From contig OZ024751.1 of the NCBI GenBank assembly GCA_964016885.1, positions 18,228,001-18,292,000 on the forward strand: a stretch of 64,000 nucleotides of DNA. The letters are read 5' to 3'. This document shows, one piece after another, positions 26,219 through 41,650 of this stretch (its first letter is position 1; every line of letters starts with the position of its first letter). Below the pieces are notes generated by a model that was given only the letters and a program-made list of their open reading frames with translations, was not told the DNA's origin and made no database searches. The DNA is from Eledone cirrhosa (Eukaryota). Position numbers and translations under genes: made by a program.

Positions 26219-27731
26219 GTACATTTGAAGACATACGCCCACACACATCTGATTACACACACATACATTTTTAGATAGACACACACTTGAATATACAAAG
26301 ATATATATATATATATACATACACAGAGAGAAAGATTTTAAGCCAAAGCCAACAACACCAAAAATACACAAAATATGCCCCCCACACACACACGCACAGA
26401 GAGAGAGAGAGAGAGCCAGACAAATATGCACACACGCTTCTTCTCACCAAACCTCTCTGTTTATCTATCTATCTGTCTCTCAGTCTGTTTGGCTCTCTTT
26501 CTCCCTCTCTCTCCCTTTCTCCCTCTCTCTCTTTATTTCTATCTCTTTCGTTATCTCTATATCTATCTCCTCATCTTCTCTTACTCTAATATGTATCTCT
26601 CGACATATAACAGGCTAACTTTGTAACTTTTATTCCAGTAAGTCTCCTTCAGTCTCCACATCTCACCCTCACCCTCACCTTAAATCACCCCTCCCCCCAC
26701 ACACACACTCTCTTTCTCTTTCTCCCTTTAAATTTCTTTTTTCCTCTTCTTTCCTCTTCTTTATCCTCCCCATCTTTACCCTCACTCTCACTTCCACCCC
26801 CACACCCAGACCCACACACTCTCTCTCTCTCTTTAAATTTCTCTTCTCCTCCTACCCCTCCTCCTTTATCCTCCACATCTCACCGTCACTCTCACCTTCA
26901 CTCCCCCCACCCCACTCACCCCCCACACCCACACACACTCTCTCTCTAATTCTCTCTCTCTCTTCAAATTTCTCTTCTCCTCCTCACCCTTCTCCTCTAT
27001 CCTCCCCATCTCACGCCTCTCACTAAAACCTCACTAAAATCTCTTCTTTTTTTTTCTCGCTATATCTGCTTCCACAAAATTTCTCGCTTTATCGGTTTCC
27101 TAATTTACCCATCATGCATTGCTTTAATTTCGTTTTGTCTCACTTAATTTAGCTTAGATTCATTCTGTCTATTTGCAGAGTTGATGGTTGTTGTTTTTAT
27201 AGGTTTTAAACATTTTTTTAATTTTTTTATCCATCTACCGACACCACCCTACCCCACCTGCTTCCATCTTTCCATGTTTCCTATACATCTTTTTTTTTCT
27301 TATGTCATATTATTTGGTTTTGTTTTAAATGCTTTCTAACTTGATTTCATTTCACACTTTTATATATTTTATCAAATTTTTTTTTTATTTTCTGATTATT
27401 TTACATGTAATTTTATTTCTTTATTTCCTTCTTCCTTTCTTTCTTTTTCTTTTATTTTTGTCTTTATTTTATTTTATTTTATTTTATTATTATTTTATTT
27501 TTCTGTTTTGTTTCGTCTCTTAATCCGCACAGATGTCAAAATTCATAAAAGCACCTTTTAAAAATAGTCCTACTCTATTTAACACAATCAACTTACAGTC
27601 ATTGAACGTTTTGATTCTTTGATTTTTCTTATAAATATTGTTGTTGTTGTTGCATTTGTTGTTGTTGTTGCTGTTAGTGATGATGATATTGTTTTTGATG
27701 TCGTTGTGGCTGTTGTTGCAGTTGAGTTTTA

Positions 27732-27780
<49 letters not shown>

Positions 27781-27797
27781 TGTATGTATGTATGTCA

Positions 27798-27943
27798 GGT
27801 CACCAGTTGGTGCTACTGGTAACATGTATCCCAGTACAACCTGTCTCATGGTCGGGTCGTTGGCGACTAAACTGGCAACCCCACCAAGGTTTCTTGGTGA
27901 GGAGGGTGACTTTGGACATCCTGCAGGACTAAAAACAAAACCT
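27798..27943 (+). ncRNA. HDV-like ribozyme candidate
   Basis: P1 GGTCACC(27798)/GGTGACT(27905) with G1-U wobble, P2 AGGTTT/AAACCT, P3 CTT/GAG, P4 TCC/GGA, then C27929 and an A-rich J4/2, in the expected nested order. L3/P1.1 is non-canonical. Confidence 0.5.
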
Positions 27944-28401
27944 GTCAAAGGGCAAAGGAGCTCTTAAGAGTCAATGGCCATCCAAAATCACCGGGAGAGA
28001 TGACCCCTTAGCCTTTGTCAAGGCAGAATTCTAGGAGAAGGAAAACTCTGATATAACACCTGCAACCCTGATGGTATCCAATGATGTTGACTTGTTCTTC
28101 TTTTTGGTAAATATCATCTTGGTTAAGAGAGTGGGACTGGCTTTGTGCAGTGCCTTTGCTCACTATAAAAGCTTCACGGCACAGGCATTGCTTTATATCT
28201 GGAGATCTCTCTGCACTTGTCGTCACATGGTACCATGGGCCCAGCACTATGTGTCAGTAATTGTCACAAGTGTAGTGTTTGTACCAGAGTTTTCAAGTCG
28301 CTGGCTGGACTAAAAAGTCACACTCGTTCAGCGCATCGGTAGGGGTTCTCCTACATGGATATAAAGTAGTGGCCGTACTCGAAAACGAGTTGGCAGCCAC
28401 C
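27798..28401 (+). mobile_element. Internally deleted (non-autonomous) RTE-type retrotransposon
   Basis: RTE 5'UTR-like motif CTAGGAGAAGGAAAACTCTGA. The 3' part encodes a C2H2 finger [22 protein letters not shown], then a 3' hairpin and (ATGT)n tail; (ATGT)n also lies on the left flank. Confidence 0.7.
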
Positions 28402-28550
28402 ATGTATGTATGTATGTGTATATATGCAAGTATGTATATATGTATGTATATATGTATGTATATAGATGTGTGTGTGTATGTATACATATATATGTATATA
28501 TACATGTATATATATATATGTATGTATGTATATATATATATGTATGTATG

Positions 28551-28582
<32 letters not shown>

Positions 28583-28638
28583 TGTATGTATATATGTATG
28601 TATATGTATGTATGTATGCATGCATGCATGCATGCATG

Positions 28639-28687
<49 letters not shown>

Positions 28688-29027
28688 TATGGATAATTTC
28701 CATGTTGTTATGATGCAGATACCTAGAGTATTGTTGTCACGTGTTGAGTTAAAACATTACTTGTTCTATGAGGCCAGGTAGCGATTTTCTTTGAATGTGT
28801 GACATTCCTGAGAGAATATGGCCTCGGAAGACGTGCCATTGCAAACGCAGAAGAAACCAAATCTTTCTACATTTTTTATATCGTCATTCATGATAGCTTT
28901 AGATTGAACATGTTGCATATAAAACACCATCGAGTTGCTTAATACGTACCTTCTATGTCTGAATGTGACGTTTAATCTAAGGCCATGAAATACATTCGAA
29001 TGAATAGGACAACATTCCTATGTCATT

Positions 29028-29447
29028 TGCCAGTCGGTAGAGGGTCGGACACCATGCTTTGCAGCATAGAATTACGGCCCTTTATGATCTGAGTTCAAAT
29101 CCCGCTGAAGTTAACTTTGCCTTTCATCCTTACGGGGTCGATAAAATAAAGTACCAGTCACGCACTAGGGTCAATTTAATCGATTTTCTCCTCCCCCAAA
29201 ATTGCTGGCCTTATGCCTATATAAGAAACCATTATTAAGGATTGGCAGTATCGGTAGAGCGTTAGACTCTTTGCAGCCTAGAATTAAGCCCCTTTACGCT
29301 CTGAGTTCAAATCTCGCTGTGTTTAGCTTTGCCTTTAACCATTACGGGATCGATAAAACAACGCACCAGTAATGCACTTGGATCGATTTAACTGTCTTTC
29401 TCCTCCCCAAAAATTGCTGGACTTGTGTCTATAGTAGAAACCATTAT
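29028..29447 (+). mobile_element. Two tandem SINE family 1 copies
   Basis: Two consecutive matches to the family consensus. Confidence 0.85.
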
Positions 29448-29978
29448 TATGGAAAACGAAATACTTTGGTATGTGTATTTCGATAATTTGTTCAATTCGT
29501 TTCTATATGTAAAATGTATAGTATTTCTTAATTGTGGTAAGATACCTTGGATGCATATTTCCACATGTAACTAAGATGTAACTGATGAGTGAAGTCCAAT
29601 AGTATGATCGATGGACATTAGGTTTATGTGGCTGCGGTGGGCATGTTGGGATATGTTAGATGCTAGTGTGCTTAGCATTGACCACCAGAGTAGAAACAAA
29701 TATATATAGATATATTATATATATATATATACTCAAATATATATATATACTCAAGAGTAGAAAATAACTGCAAGGATAGCCAGTTGCTAGAAAATAGCTT
29801 ATTAAAATAGTGTAAAGACCCTTGGAGAAGGAAAAATAAATTGCCAACGGTCACAACACAATATTTTCACAGTTTGAGCATCCTACATCTTCCTTAAATA
29901 CATCCCCCAGTCGTTCGTAAGTTCGAGAGATCGAGCTTCGCAACCGATGTTCACACACACACACATATATATATATAT

Positions 29979-30142
29979 AGGAAAATGTTTAACCCCGACG
30001 GCAGAGCTCAACCCATTTCGACGGCTATTTCTGGACTGGTAGGTCGGGGTTAAGCATTTTCATATTACCCACTCTACTACCCTAAGTATTGAGTACTCTG
30101 GTGCGTTATGGTCCATGTGGTTCCTTCCCACACCTCCTTCGT
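29979..30142 (+). mobile_element. Family A element with 5' inversion
   Basis: The inverted arm ends at TTCTGGACT (~30038), followed by the plus-strand tail into (TA)n. Confidence 0.7.
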
Positions 30143-30219
30143 TATATATATATATATAGAGAGAGAGAGTGTGTGTGAAGGGGGGTAGAAGTAGTAACAC
30201 AACAGTTAGTTCACCTTAC

Positions 30220-30258
30220 CGAGAACAATTGTTTCACCTTAAGCGGATCTTCAGCTCG
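30220..30258 (-). ncRNA. Minimal type I hammerhead, family E, in a fold-back palindrome (~30188-30327)
   Basis: Minus strand reads cgag-CTGAAGA-tccgcttaaggt-GAAA-caattg-TT/ctcg. The palindrome centre is CTCGAG at 30255-30260. Confidence 0.75.
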
Positions 30259-30325
30259 AGATGAAAATCAGCTTAAGGTGAAATAATTGTTCTCGGTAAG
30301 GTGAACTAACTGTTGTGTTACTACT

Positions 30326-30403
<78 letters not shown>

Positions 30404-30755
30404 TGCATATGGAGGAGGTATGTGTAAATTTTCTCTCAGTATTGGGCTAATACATGCGCTTTAATAGAATATATATCTAACATACATCCACTGACGAACT
30501 TCGTCAGATGAAATTTAGTAAATATATATTTTGCGGAAACATTTTGGCCATGTTGGAAATATATGAATAAATAACAATATATATCATTAAAAATAGCGAA
30601 TAATCACGAGTGACATGGATGGTACACATGTACACACACACACACATGCACCACATATATGTGTGTGTATATATATATATGTATATATAATATAAATATC
30701 TATGTATTTATATATATATATATATATATATATAAATATATAAATATCTATAAAT

Positions 30756-30786
<31 letters not shown>

Positions 30787-30789
30787 AAT

Positions 30790-30834
<45 letters not shown>

Positions 30835-31963
30835 CATATGTATATATTTATATATGTATGTGTGCATATATACTACATATACACCTATATATACACACAC
30901 ATATATGTATATATGTGTGTGTGTGTGTGTAAGTATGTATACCTACATAAAATTTTAACGACAAAAAATCTTAACGACAAATTTCTCTCTTACAACTTCC
31001 TTATTCGGATTCCCGTCCTCCCCTTTTCACTCCTTTTTCTTTTTTTCCCTCTACTTCTTCTTTCTTCTTCCCCATTCGACCTCCTCACCTCGTTCTTTCA
31101 TTCTACCACTTAGTTAATAGCTCTACCATGTACGTTACTCCGTTCATAATCAGACATTTCCCTCCACCTCTCCACCAACCAGCCAAACACTTTCTTAAGA
31201 AATTCTACTTGTAAGAAGCTGGGAATATTTTTTTTTATTCTAATCAGAATTTCAGAAATTTTTTGTTTATGATTTTTTTTTTTTTTTTTTTGCTTCTTCA
31301 CTTGGAAAAATAGTTAAAAGTAAAAACAAAAACAAAAAAAGAAACAGACATTACGAAAAGAAAAGAGAAAAAGAGGAGATGAGGTTGAGGAGTTAGTAAT
31401 ATAAGAGAGATACGGGAGAGAGAGAGAGAGATAGGAAGAAACAAAGCCACAAAGAAAGAAGGAAAAGAAAAAAAGGAATGAAGAAAGAAAGAATGAATGA
31501 AAGAGTCATGAAGCCACAAGCTGAGAAAGAGAGAATGAGTATCAGTAGAAAAGGAAGTGGGAAGGAAGTAAAGAAGACAAAATATTTTTTTTTGAATTCA
31601 TAAAATACTGAAAGAATTACAAGAAAAACAAAAGAATGAGAAAATAAAACCAAAAATTGCGTGTTAAACGAAAGTGAAAGCATGGAATAAGAAAGAGAAA
31701 AAAATGGAAGGGAGGAAGGAAGCAAGGAAGGAAGGAAAGATGGGAGACTACAGAAGGAAGAATGGCGGGAAAAAAAGGTGAGGCTAAAACATTAATGTAA
31801 ATGAGTAAAGAAAATACGAAAAAAAAAACAAAAAAATATATAAATATAGGGAAAATAAACAAGATGAATTTTGAAGGATATATAAAAATAAAAGAGAAGA
31901 AAATCAAATGAGACAGAACTTTCTGATAGCGTAAATGAATGGCGAGAAATATCAGAAGGCAAT

Positions 31964-32081
31964 GTTCCGATTTTGTTCTGATTATCTTCCATACATTAGC
32001 CATTCCGATTTTGTTCTGATTATCTTCCATACATTAGCCATTCCGATTTTGTTCTGATTAACTTCCATACAACATTAGCCA
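31964..32081. repeat. 38-bp tandem repeat x3
   Basis: TTCCGATTTTGTTCTGATTATCTTCCATACATTAGCCA x3. Confidence 0.9.
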
Positions 32082-32742
32082 TATCTTTCACATGTTCCAT
32101 CGTACCAATAAATACATATATCAACAATTACACAAACACACACAGACAGATTTACACAGGCATATCCCCACACGCACACACATACACGCATATACACAGA
32201 CACACACGCACACAGACATATACACATGCATATACACAGATACACACACACACACCCACACATATACACATGTATGTACACACACACAGGCACATACCCA
32301 CACACAGACACACATAGATACACATGCATACACACACACACACACACTAGCACATACCCACACACAGATACACATGCATACACACACACACAGACACACA
32401 CCCACAAACAGACACACAGATACACATGCATGTACACACACAGGCACATACACACACACAGACACACACAGATACACATACATATATACACACCCACAGG
32501 CACATACCCACACACAGATACAAACAGATACACATGCATGTACACACACACAAGCACATACTCACACGCAAACAGATATACAAGTATGCATATACACAGG
32601 CACACAGATACATATGTATGCATATACACAGGCATACAGATACACATGTATGCATATACACAGATACACATACATACACACATAGACACACACGCACCTG
32701 TAGAATTTAGAATGTTTTTCTACTAAGACACTCATTCCTCAT

Positions 32743-34062
32743 GTCACTCTCTCGTGTTATATCTTTTTCACTCTCCCCCACCTCCACCTCACTCTCCCCC
32801 ACATCCACCTCACTCTCTCGTGTTGTATCTTTTTCACTCTCCACCACCTCCACCTCACTCTCCCCCACATCCACCTCACTCTCTCGTGTTGTATCTTTTT
32901 CACTCTCCCCCACCCCCACCTCACTCTCCCCCACATCCACCTCACTCTCTCGTGTTGTATCTTTTTCACTCTCCCCCACCCCCACCTCACTCTCCCCCAC
33001 ATCCACCTCACTCTCTCGTGTTGTATCTTTTTCACTCTCCCCCACCCCCACCTCACTCTCCCCCACATCCACCTCACTCTCTCGTGTTGTATCTTTTTCA
33101 CTCTCCCCCACCCCCACCTCACTCTCCCCCACATCCACCTCACTCTCTCGTGTTATATCTTTTTCACTCTCCCCCACCTCCACCTCACTCTCCCCCACAT
33201 CCACCTCACTCTCTCGTGTTGTATCTTTTTCACTCTCCCCCACCTCCACCTCACTCTCCCCCACATCCACCTCACTCTCTCGTGTTATATCTTTTTCACT
33301 CTCCCCCACCCCCACCTCACTCTCCCCCACATCCACCTCACTCTCTCGTGTTGTATCTTTTTCACTCTCCCCCACCCCCACCTCACTCTCCCCCACATCC
33401 ACCTCACTCTCTCGTGTTGTATCTTTTTGACTCTCCCCCACCTCCACCTCACTCTCCCCCACATCCACCTCACTCTCTCGTGTTGTATCTTTTTCACTCT
33501 CCCCCACCCCCACCTCACTCTCCCCCACATCCACCTCACTCTCTCGTGTTGTATCTTTTTGACTCTCCCCCACCTCCACCTCACTCTCCCCCACATCCAC
33601 CTCACTCTCTCGTGTTGTAGCTTTTTCACTCTCCCCCACCCCCACCTCACTCTCCCCCACCTCCACCTCAATCTCCCCCACATCCACCTCACTCTCTCGT
33701 GTTGTATCTTTTTCACTCTCCCCCACCTCCACCTCACTCTCCACCACATCCACCTCACTCTCTCGTGTTGTATCTTTTTCACTCTCCCCCACCTCCACCT
33801 CACTCTCACCCACATCCACCTCACTCTCTCGTGTTGTATCTTTTTCACTCTCCCCCACCTCCACCTCACTCTCCCCCACATCCACCTCACTCTCTCGTGT
33901 TGTATCTTTTTCACTCTCCCCCACCTCCACCTCACTCTCCACCACATCCACCTCACTCTCTCGTGTTGTATCTTTTTCACTCTCCCCCACCTCCACCTCA
34001 CTCTCCCCCACATCCACCTCACTCTCTCGTGTTGTATCTTTTTCACTCTCCCCCACCTCCAG
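32743..34062. repeat. 63-bp pyrimidine-rich minisatellite (~21 units, three 21-bp subunits)
   Basis: CACTCTCTCGTGTTGTATCTTTTT-CACTCTCCCCCACCTCCACCT-CACTCTCCCCCACATCCACCT-type units repeated in tandem. Confidence 0.95.
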
Positions 34063-34242
34063 CTCTCCCTCATTACACACTGATTCGCCCAGTTTAATAA
34101 CCTATTCTTCATTTCCATTTAAATACTTTATCTCATACACACATACGTAGATACGTATCCACTGATATACGTCTGCCTATATATATATTTAAATATATAT
34201 ACACAAATATATATACATATATATACGTATATATATATATAC

Positions 34243-34276
<34 letters not shown>

Positions 34277-34504
34277 GTATATTTATACGTATATATATAT
34301 ATATATATATATACGTATATTTATAAGTATATATATATATACGTATATTTATACGTATATATATATATATATATATACGTATATATATACGTATATATAT
34401 ACGTATATATATACGTATATATATACGTATATATATACGTATATATATATATATATATATATATATACGTATATATATACGTATATATATATATATATAT
34501 ATAC

Positions 34505-34544
<40 letters not shown>

Positions 34545-34606
34545 GTATATATATATATATATATACGTATATATATATATATATATACGTATATATATAT
34601 TATACG

Positions 34607-34638
<32 letters not shown>

Positions 34639-34785
34639 CGTATATATATATATACGTATATATATACGTATATATACGTATATATATATATACGTATATA
34701 TACGTATATATATATATACGTATATATATACGTATATATACATATATATATATATATATATACGTATATATATATATATATATAC

Positions 34786-34855
<70 letters not shown>

Positions 34856-34991
34856 GTATATATATATATATATGTATATATACGTATATATATATATATA
34901 TATATATATACGTATATATATATATATATATATATATACGTATATATATATATATATATATATATACGTATATATATATATATATATATAC

Positions 34992-35063
<72 letters not shown>

Positions 35064-35087
35064 GTATATATATATATATATATATAC

Positions 35088-35193
<106 letters not shown>

Positions 35194-35196
35194 GTA

Positions 35197-35315
<119 letters not shown>

Positions 35316-35318
35316 GTA

Positions 35319-35497
<179 letters not shown>

Positions 35498-35528
35498 GTA
35501 TATATATATATATATATATATATATACG

Positions 35529-35580
<52 letters not shown>

Positions 35581-35778
35581 CGTATATATATATACGTACA
35601 TATATATATATACGTATATATATACGTATATATATATATATATATACGTATATATATATATATATATACGTATATATATGTATATATATACGTATATATA
35701 TATACGTATATATATATATATATACGTATATATATATATATTCATATATATATACGTATATATATTTATATATATATA

Positions 35779-36223
35779 TTGTTATACTTTGGAAGGGTCA
35801 TGTTGCCAATAAGAAACACACGCCCCAGTTGCTTTCACTTCAATTTATTATAAGGAATTTATAAATTTCCGGTTGGTTGGTTGGTTCCATCTTGTTTTTG
35901 TGTGTGACACAAAAACAAGATGGCGAAGGACAGAACAAAGGAGAGGCACAAAAACAAAGAAAATAATCCCCAGTCACTGAAGAGGTCACAGAATGTGTGA
36001 CGAAAGAACTTTGACAATATATAAACAATCATCTGGTTGTGGAACCAACCAACCAACCGGAAATTTATAAATTCCTAAATTTATAAATTTATTATGATAA
36101 ATTGAAGTGAAAGCAACTGGTGCGTGTGTTTCTTATTGGCAACATGACCCTCCCAAAGTATAACAATATCGGTTTAAACACACGTTTTCAAATAAGGAAT
36201 CCTGCTAAACAAATTCAGAAATG
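35779..36223 (+). mobile_element. Family F element with inverted 5' arm and a hammerhead
   Basis: Inverted repeat 35779-35890/36040-36167 and internal palindrome CCATCTTGTTTTTGTGT..ACACAAAAACAAGATGG. Flanked by (TA)n. Confidence 0.75.
35973..36015 (+). ncRNA. Minimal type I hammerhead, family F
   Basis: gtca-CTGAAGA-g-gtcaca-gaatg-tgtgac-GAAA-gaac-TT/tgac. Confidence 0.65.
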
Positions 36224-36267
<44 letters not shown>

Positions 36268-36311
36268 GTATATATATATATATACGTATATACGTATATA
36301 TATATATATAC

Positions 36312-36367
<56 letters not shown>

Positions 36368-36467
36368 GTATATATATATATATATATATATATACGTATA
36401 TATATATATATATATATATATACGTATATATATATATATACGTATATACGTATATATATATATATAC

Positions 36468-36515
<48 letters not shown>

Positions 36516-36677
36516 CATTTCTGAATTTGTTTAGCAGGATTCCTTATTTGAAAACGTGTGTTTAAACCGATATTGTTATACTTTGGGAGGGTCATGTACG
36601 TATATATATATGTATATATATATACGTATATATATATATATATATATATACGTATATATATATATATATATATATAC

Positions 36678-36721
<44 letters not shown>

Positions 36722-36742
36722 GTATATATATATATATATATA

Positions 36743-36791
<49 letters not shown>

Positions 36792-36863
36792 GTATATATA
36801 TATATATATATATACGTATATATATATATATATATATACGTATATATATATATATATATATAC

Positions 36864-37029
<166 letters not shown>

Positions 37030-37175
37030 GTATATATATATATATATATATATATATACGTATATATATATATATATATATATATATACGTATATATATA
37101 TATATATATATATATATACGTATATATATATATATATATATATACGTATATATATATATATATATATATATATAC

Positions 37176-37213
<38 letters not shown>

Positions 37214-37441
37214 GTATATATATATATATATATATATACGTATATATATATATATATATATATATATACGTATATATATATATATATATATATATATACG
37301 TATATATATATATATATATATATATATACGTATATATATATATATATATATATATACGTATATATATATATATATATATATATATACGTATATATATATA
37401 TATATATATATATACGTATATATATATATATATATATATAC

Positions 37442-37605
<164 letters not shown>

Positions 37606-37627
37606 GTATATATATATATATATATAC

Positions 37628-37717
<90 letters not shown>

Positions 37718-37841
37718 GTATATATATATATATATATATATATATACGTATATATATATATATATATACGTATATATATATATATATACGTATATATATA
37801 TATATATATATACGTATATATATATATATATATATATATAC

Positions 37842-37885
<44 letters not shown>

Positions 37886-37911
37886 GTATATATATATATA
37901 TATATATATAC

Positions 37912-38133
<222 letters not shown>

Positions 38134-38134
38134 G

Positions 38135-38166
<32 letters not shown>

Positions 38167-38199
38167 TATATACGTATATATATATATATATATATATAC

Positions 38200-38325
<126 letters not shown>

Positions 38326-38401
38326 GTATATATATATATATATATATATATACGTATATATATATATATATATATACGTATATATATATATATATATATA
38401 C

Positions 38402-38453
<52 letters not shown>

Positions 38454-38486
38454 GTATATATATATATATATATATATACGTATATA

Positions 38487-38518
<32 letters not shown>

Positions 38519-38519
38519 C

Positions 38520-38785
<266 letters not shown>

Positions 38786-38811
38786 GTATATATATATATA
38801 TATATATATAC

Positions 38812-38861
<50 letters not shown>

Positions 38862-38933
38862 GTATATATATATATATATACGTATATATATATATATATA
38901 TACGTATATATATATATATATATATATATATAC

Positions 38934-38979
<46 letters not shown>

Positions 38980-39001
38980 GTATATATATATATATATATA
39001 C

Positions 39002-39076
<75 letters not shown>

Positions 39077-39077
<1 letters not shown>

Positions 39078-41246
39078 GCAAACATCGCCACACAAGACAC
39101 TAACACACAATTTCAACACTTCATGACAACGATACACACCATATGCAAAAAGTGTGTCCCGGAGAAAGAGGCAAACAGACACAAAAATCTTATTCCCAGA
39201 GATAGGAAAATCCTTATGAGACGTAGAACTAAACTCTCAAACCAGTTGAATAGTCAACAAAACCAAAACAAGAAGGAATCCTATTTGAAACGTGCACTAC
39301 TTGACACCGAGATTGCACTCAAGCTTTCACATGAGAATGAGAGGGCAAGGAAAGAGAACAGGGCCATAGAAAACATTAAAACAAACCCTAAGGCCTTCTT
39401 TAAATTTGCAAAAGAAACTGCCTCAGTACACTGCAAGATTGGACCACTCTTCCACACGGACGGTTCATTAACCGAAAATCCCCAAGAGATATGTGAAATA
39501 CTGAATGAACAGTACAAAAGTGTCTTCACATGTCCACTGAGGCACATGCAAATAACGAAGCCAGAGGAGTTCTTTGATGCCACAACACTACATCAAGAAA
39601 TGGCAACCATCAACCACATAGACATAACGGAGGAGGATGTGGTGTACGCCATTGATGAAATTAGAACAGACTCGGCTGCTGGACCTGATGGATTCCCAGC
39701 AGTTCTCCTAAAAATATGTAAGCGGGCCTTAGCAACTCCACTGAAGATGCTCTTCAGAAGCTCCTTGGCTAGCGGTGTACTACCCAGGGAGCTGAAAGAA
39801 GGCACAATATGCCCTATCCATAAAGGAGGTAGTAGAGCGGAGGCCAAGAACTATAGGCCAGTCTCCCTGACGTCGCATATCAGTAAGGTCATGGAGCGAG
39901 TCGTCAGAAAGAAACTAATCACTTTCCTCGAAGAAAATGACCGCCTGACTAGCACGCAACATGGCTTCCGCCCAGGAAGAAGCTGCCTTACACAGCTGCT
40001 ACATCACTACGACTGGGTACTGAGACAGCTACTAGACAGCTCACATGTAGACGTGATATATCTTGACTTTGCGAAGGCCTTTGACAAGGTCGACCACGGA
40101 ATGATATGTCACAAACTACACGGACTCGGCATAACTGGAAAAGTAGGTGAGTGGCTGCATGGCTTCCTGAGGGACAGAAGCCAGGCAGTCGCAGCAAATG
40201 GGGCTCTCTCGAGGGAAACACCGATAACAAGTGGGGTGCCTCAGGGGACAGTCCTGGGACCACTACTGTTTTTGGTGGCTCTCTCGGACATGCCCTCTGT
40301 GGTGCATGCAACAACATCCCTCACTAGCTATGCTGATGACACTAAGGTAGCACAGGCAATCAAAAACCCGGCTGACACTGCCCTCTTACAGCAGGATCTG
40401 GATGCCATATACAGATGGGCGGAAGAAAACAACATGCAGTTTAATGCTGGCAAATTCCAAGCCCTACAATACAAACCTGCAAACACAAACACAAATATAG
40501 CGGAACACAGCTACACAGGACCAGGAGGGACCGATATCCCCGTGTCAAAATCGATACGAGACCTGGGCATAGACATGAGCGATGATGCATCTTTTTCTTC
40601 ACACATCATGAAGGTGGCGACAGCATGTAGACGATTCGCTGGCTGGATCTTGAGGACTTTCCTTACAAGAGATCGAGACACCATGTTGACACTGTGGAGG
40701 ACTTTTGTCCTAAGCCGCCTGGACTACTGCTCCCAGCTGTGGTCACCCCATAGTGTCAAACTAACCACAGAGCTTGAGGCAATCCAGCGAAGCTACACCA
40801 AGAGGATTGCCAAGATGAGGGAGACAAGCTACTGGGAGAGGCTGAAGGAACTGAACCTCTACTCCTTGGAGCGAAGACGGGAGAGATACGCAGTGATCTA
40901 CATGTGGAAAATCCTGGAGGGACTAGCACCAAACTTTGGCATTGGGAGCTGGACCAACCGTCGAACAGGACGTCACTGTGTGGTGCCAAAGGTCCCGTCT
41001 TCCACATCTAGAATAAGGAGCAGGTATTGCAATAGCCTGGGATTCAAGGGCCCTCAACTCTTCAACAGGCTGCCGAGGCATCTGCGAGACTTGCATGACG
41101 TGGAGGTGGATGTCTTTAAGAAACATCTCGACACCTTGTTATCCAGGATCCCGGATGAGCCCACAGCAAGACATGAGGGAAACCTAAGGGCAGCAGCAAC
41201 AAACTCCCTCCTACACCAGTGGCCAACCTATACAGGCTGGAGATAA
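39077..41246 (+). CDS. Reverse transcriptase ORF2 of a CR1-group LINE (5'-truncated, no endonuclease domain)
   Basis: ~720 uninterrupted codons containing [47 protein letters not shown] and YADD. The N-terminal IY run in the ORF track is microsatellite. Confidence 0.95.
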
Positions 41247-41323
41247 AGTGTGTAGCAGCAAGGGCGGTGCCCCAGCATGGCCTCAGCCGGATGGCTGAAA
41301 CAGGTAAAAGAGAATAAAAGAGA
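39077..41323 (+). mobile_element. CR1-group LINE, young 5'-truncated copy inserted in (TA)n
   Basis: Intact ORF, then a short 3'UTR with hairpin TCAGCC-ggat-GGCTGA and a TAAAAGAGA repeat tail. Confidence 0.93.
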
Positions 41324-41328
41324 TATAC

Positions 41329-41364
<36 letters not shown>

Positions 41365-41416
41365 GTATATATATATATATATATATACGTATATATATAT
41401 ATATATATATATATAC

Positions 41417-41450
<34 letters not shown>

Positions 41451-41478
41451 GTATATATATATATATATATATATATAC

Positions 41479-41616
<138 letters not shown>

Positions 41617-41650
41617 GGTAACATGTTATCGTTATAGGTAATCCAGTTCA

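Noticed and set aside
32707-34080. 457-aa acidic repeat ORF (ESEVDVG...) and Pro/His-rich ORFs
   Set aside because: Minisatellite open in most frames, with no splice or homology support.
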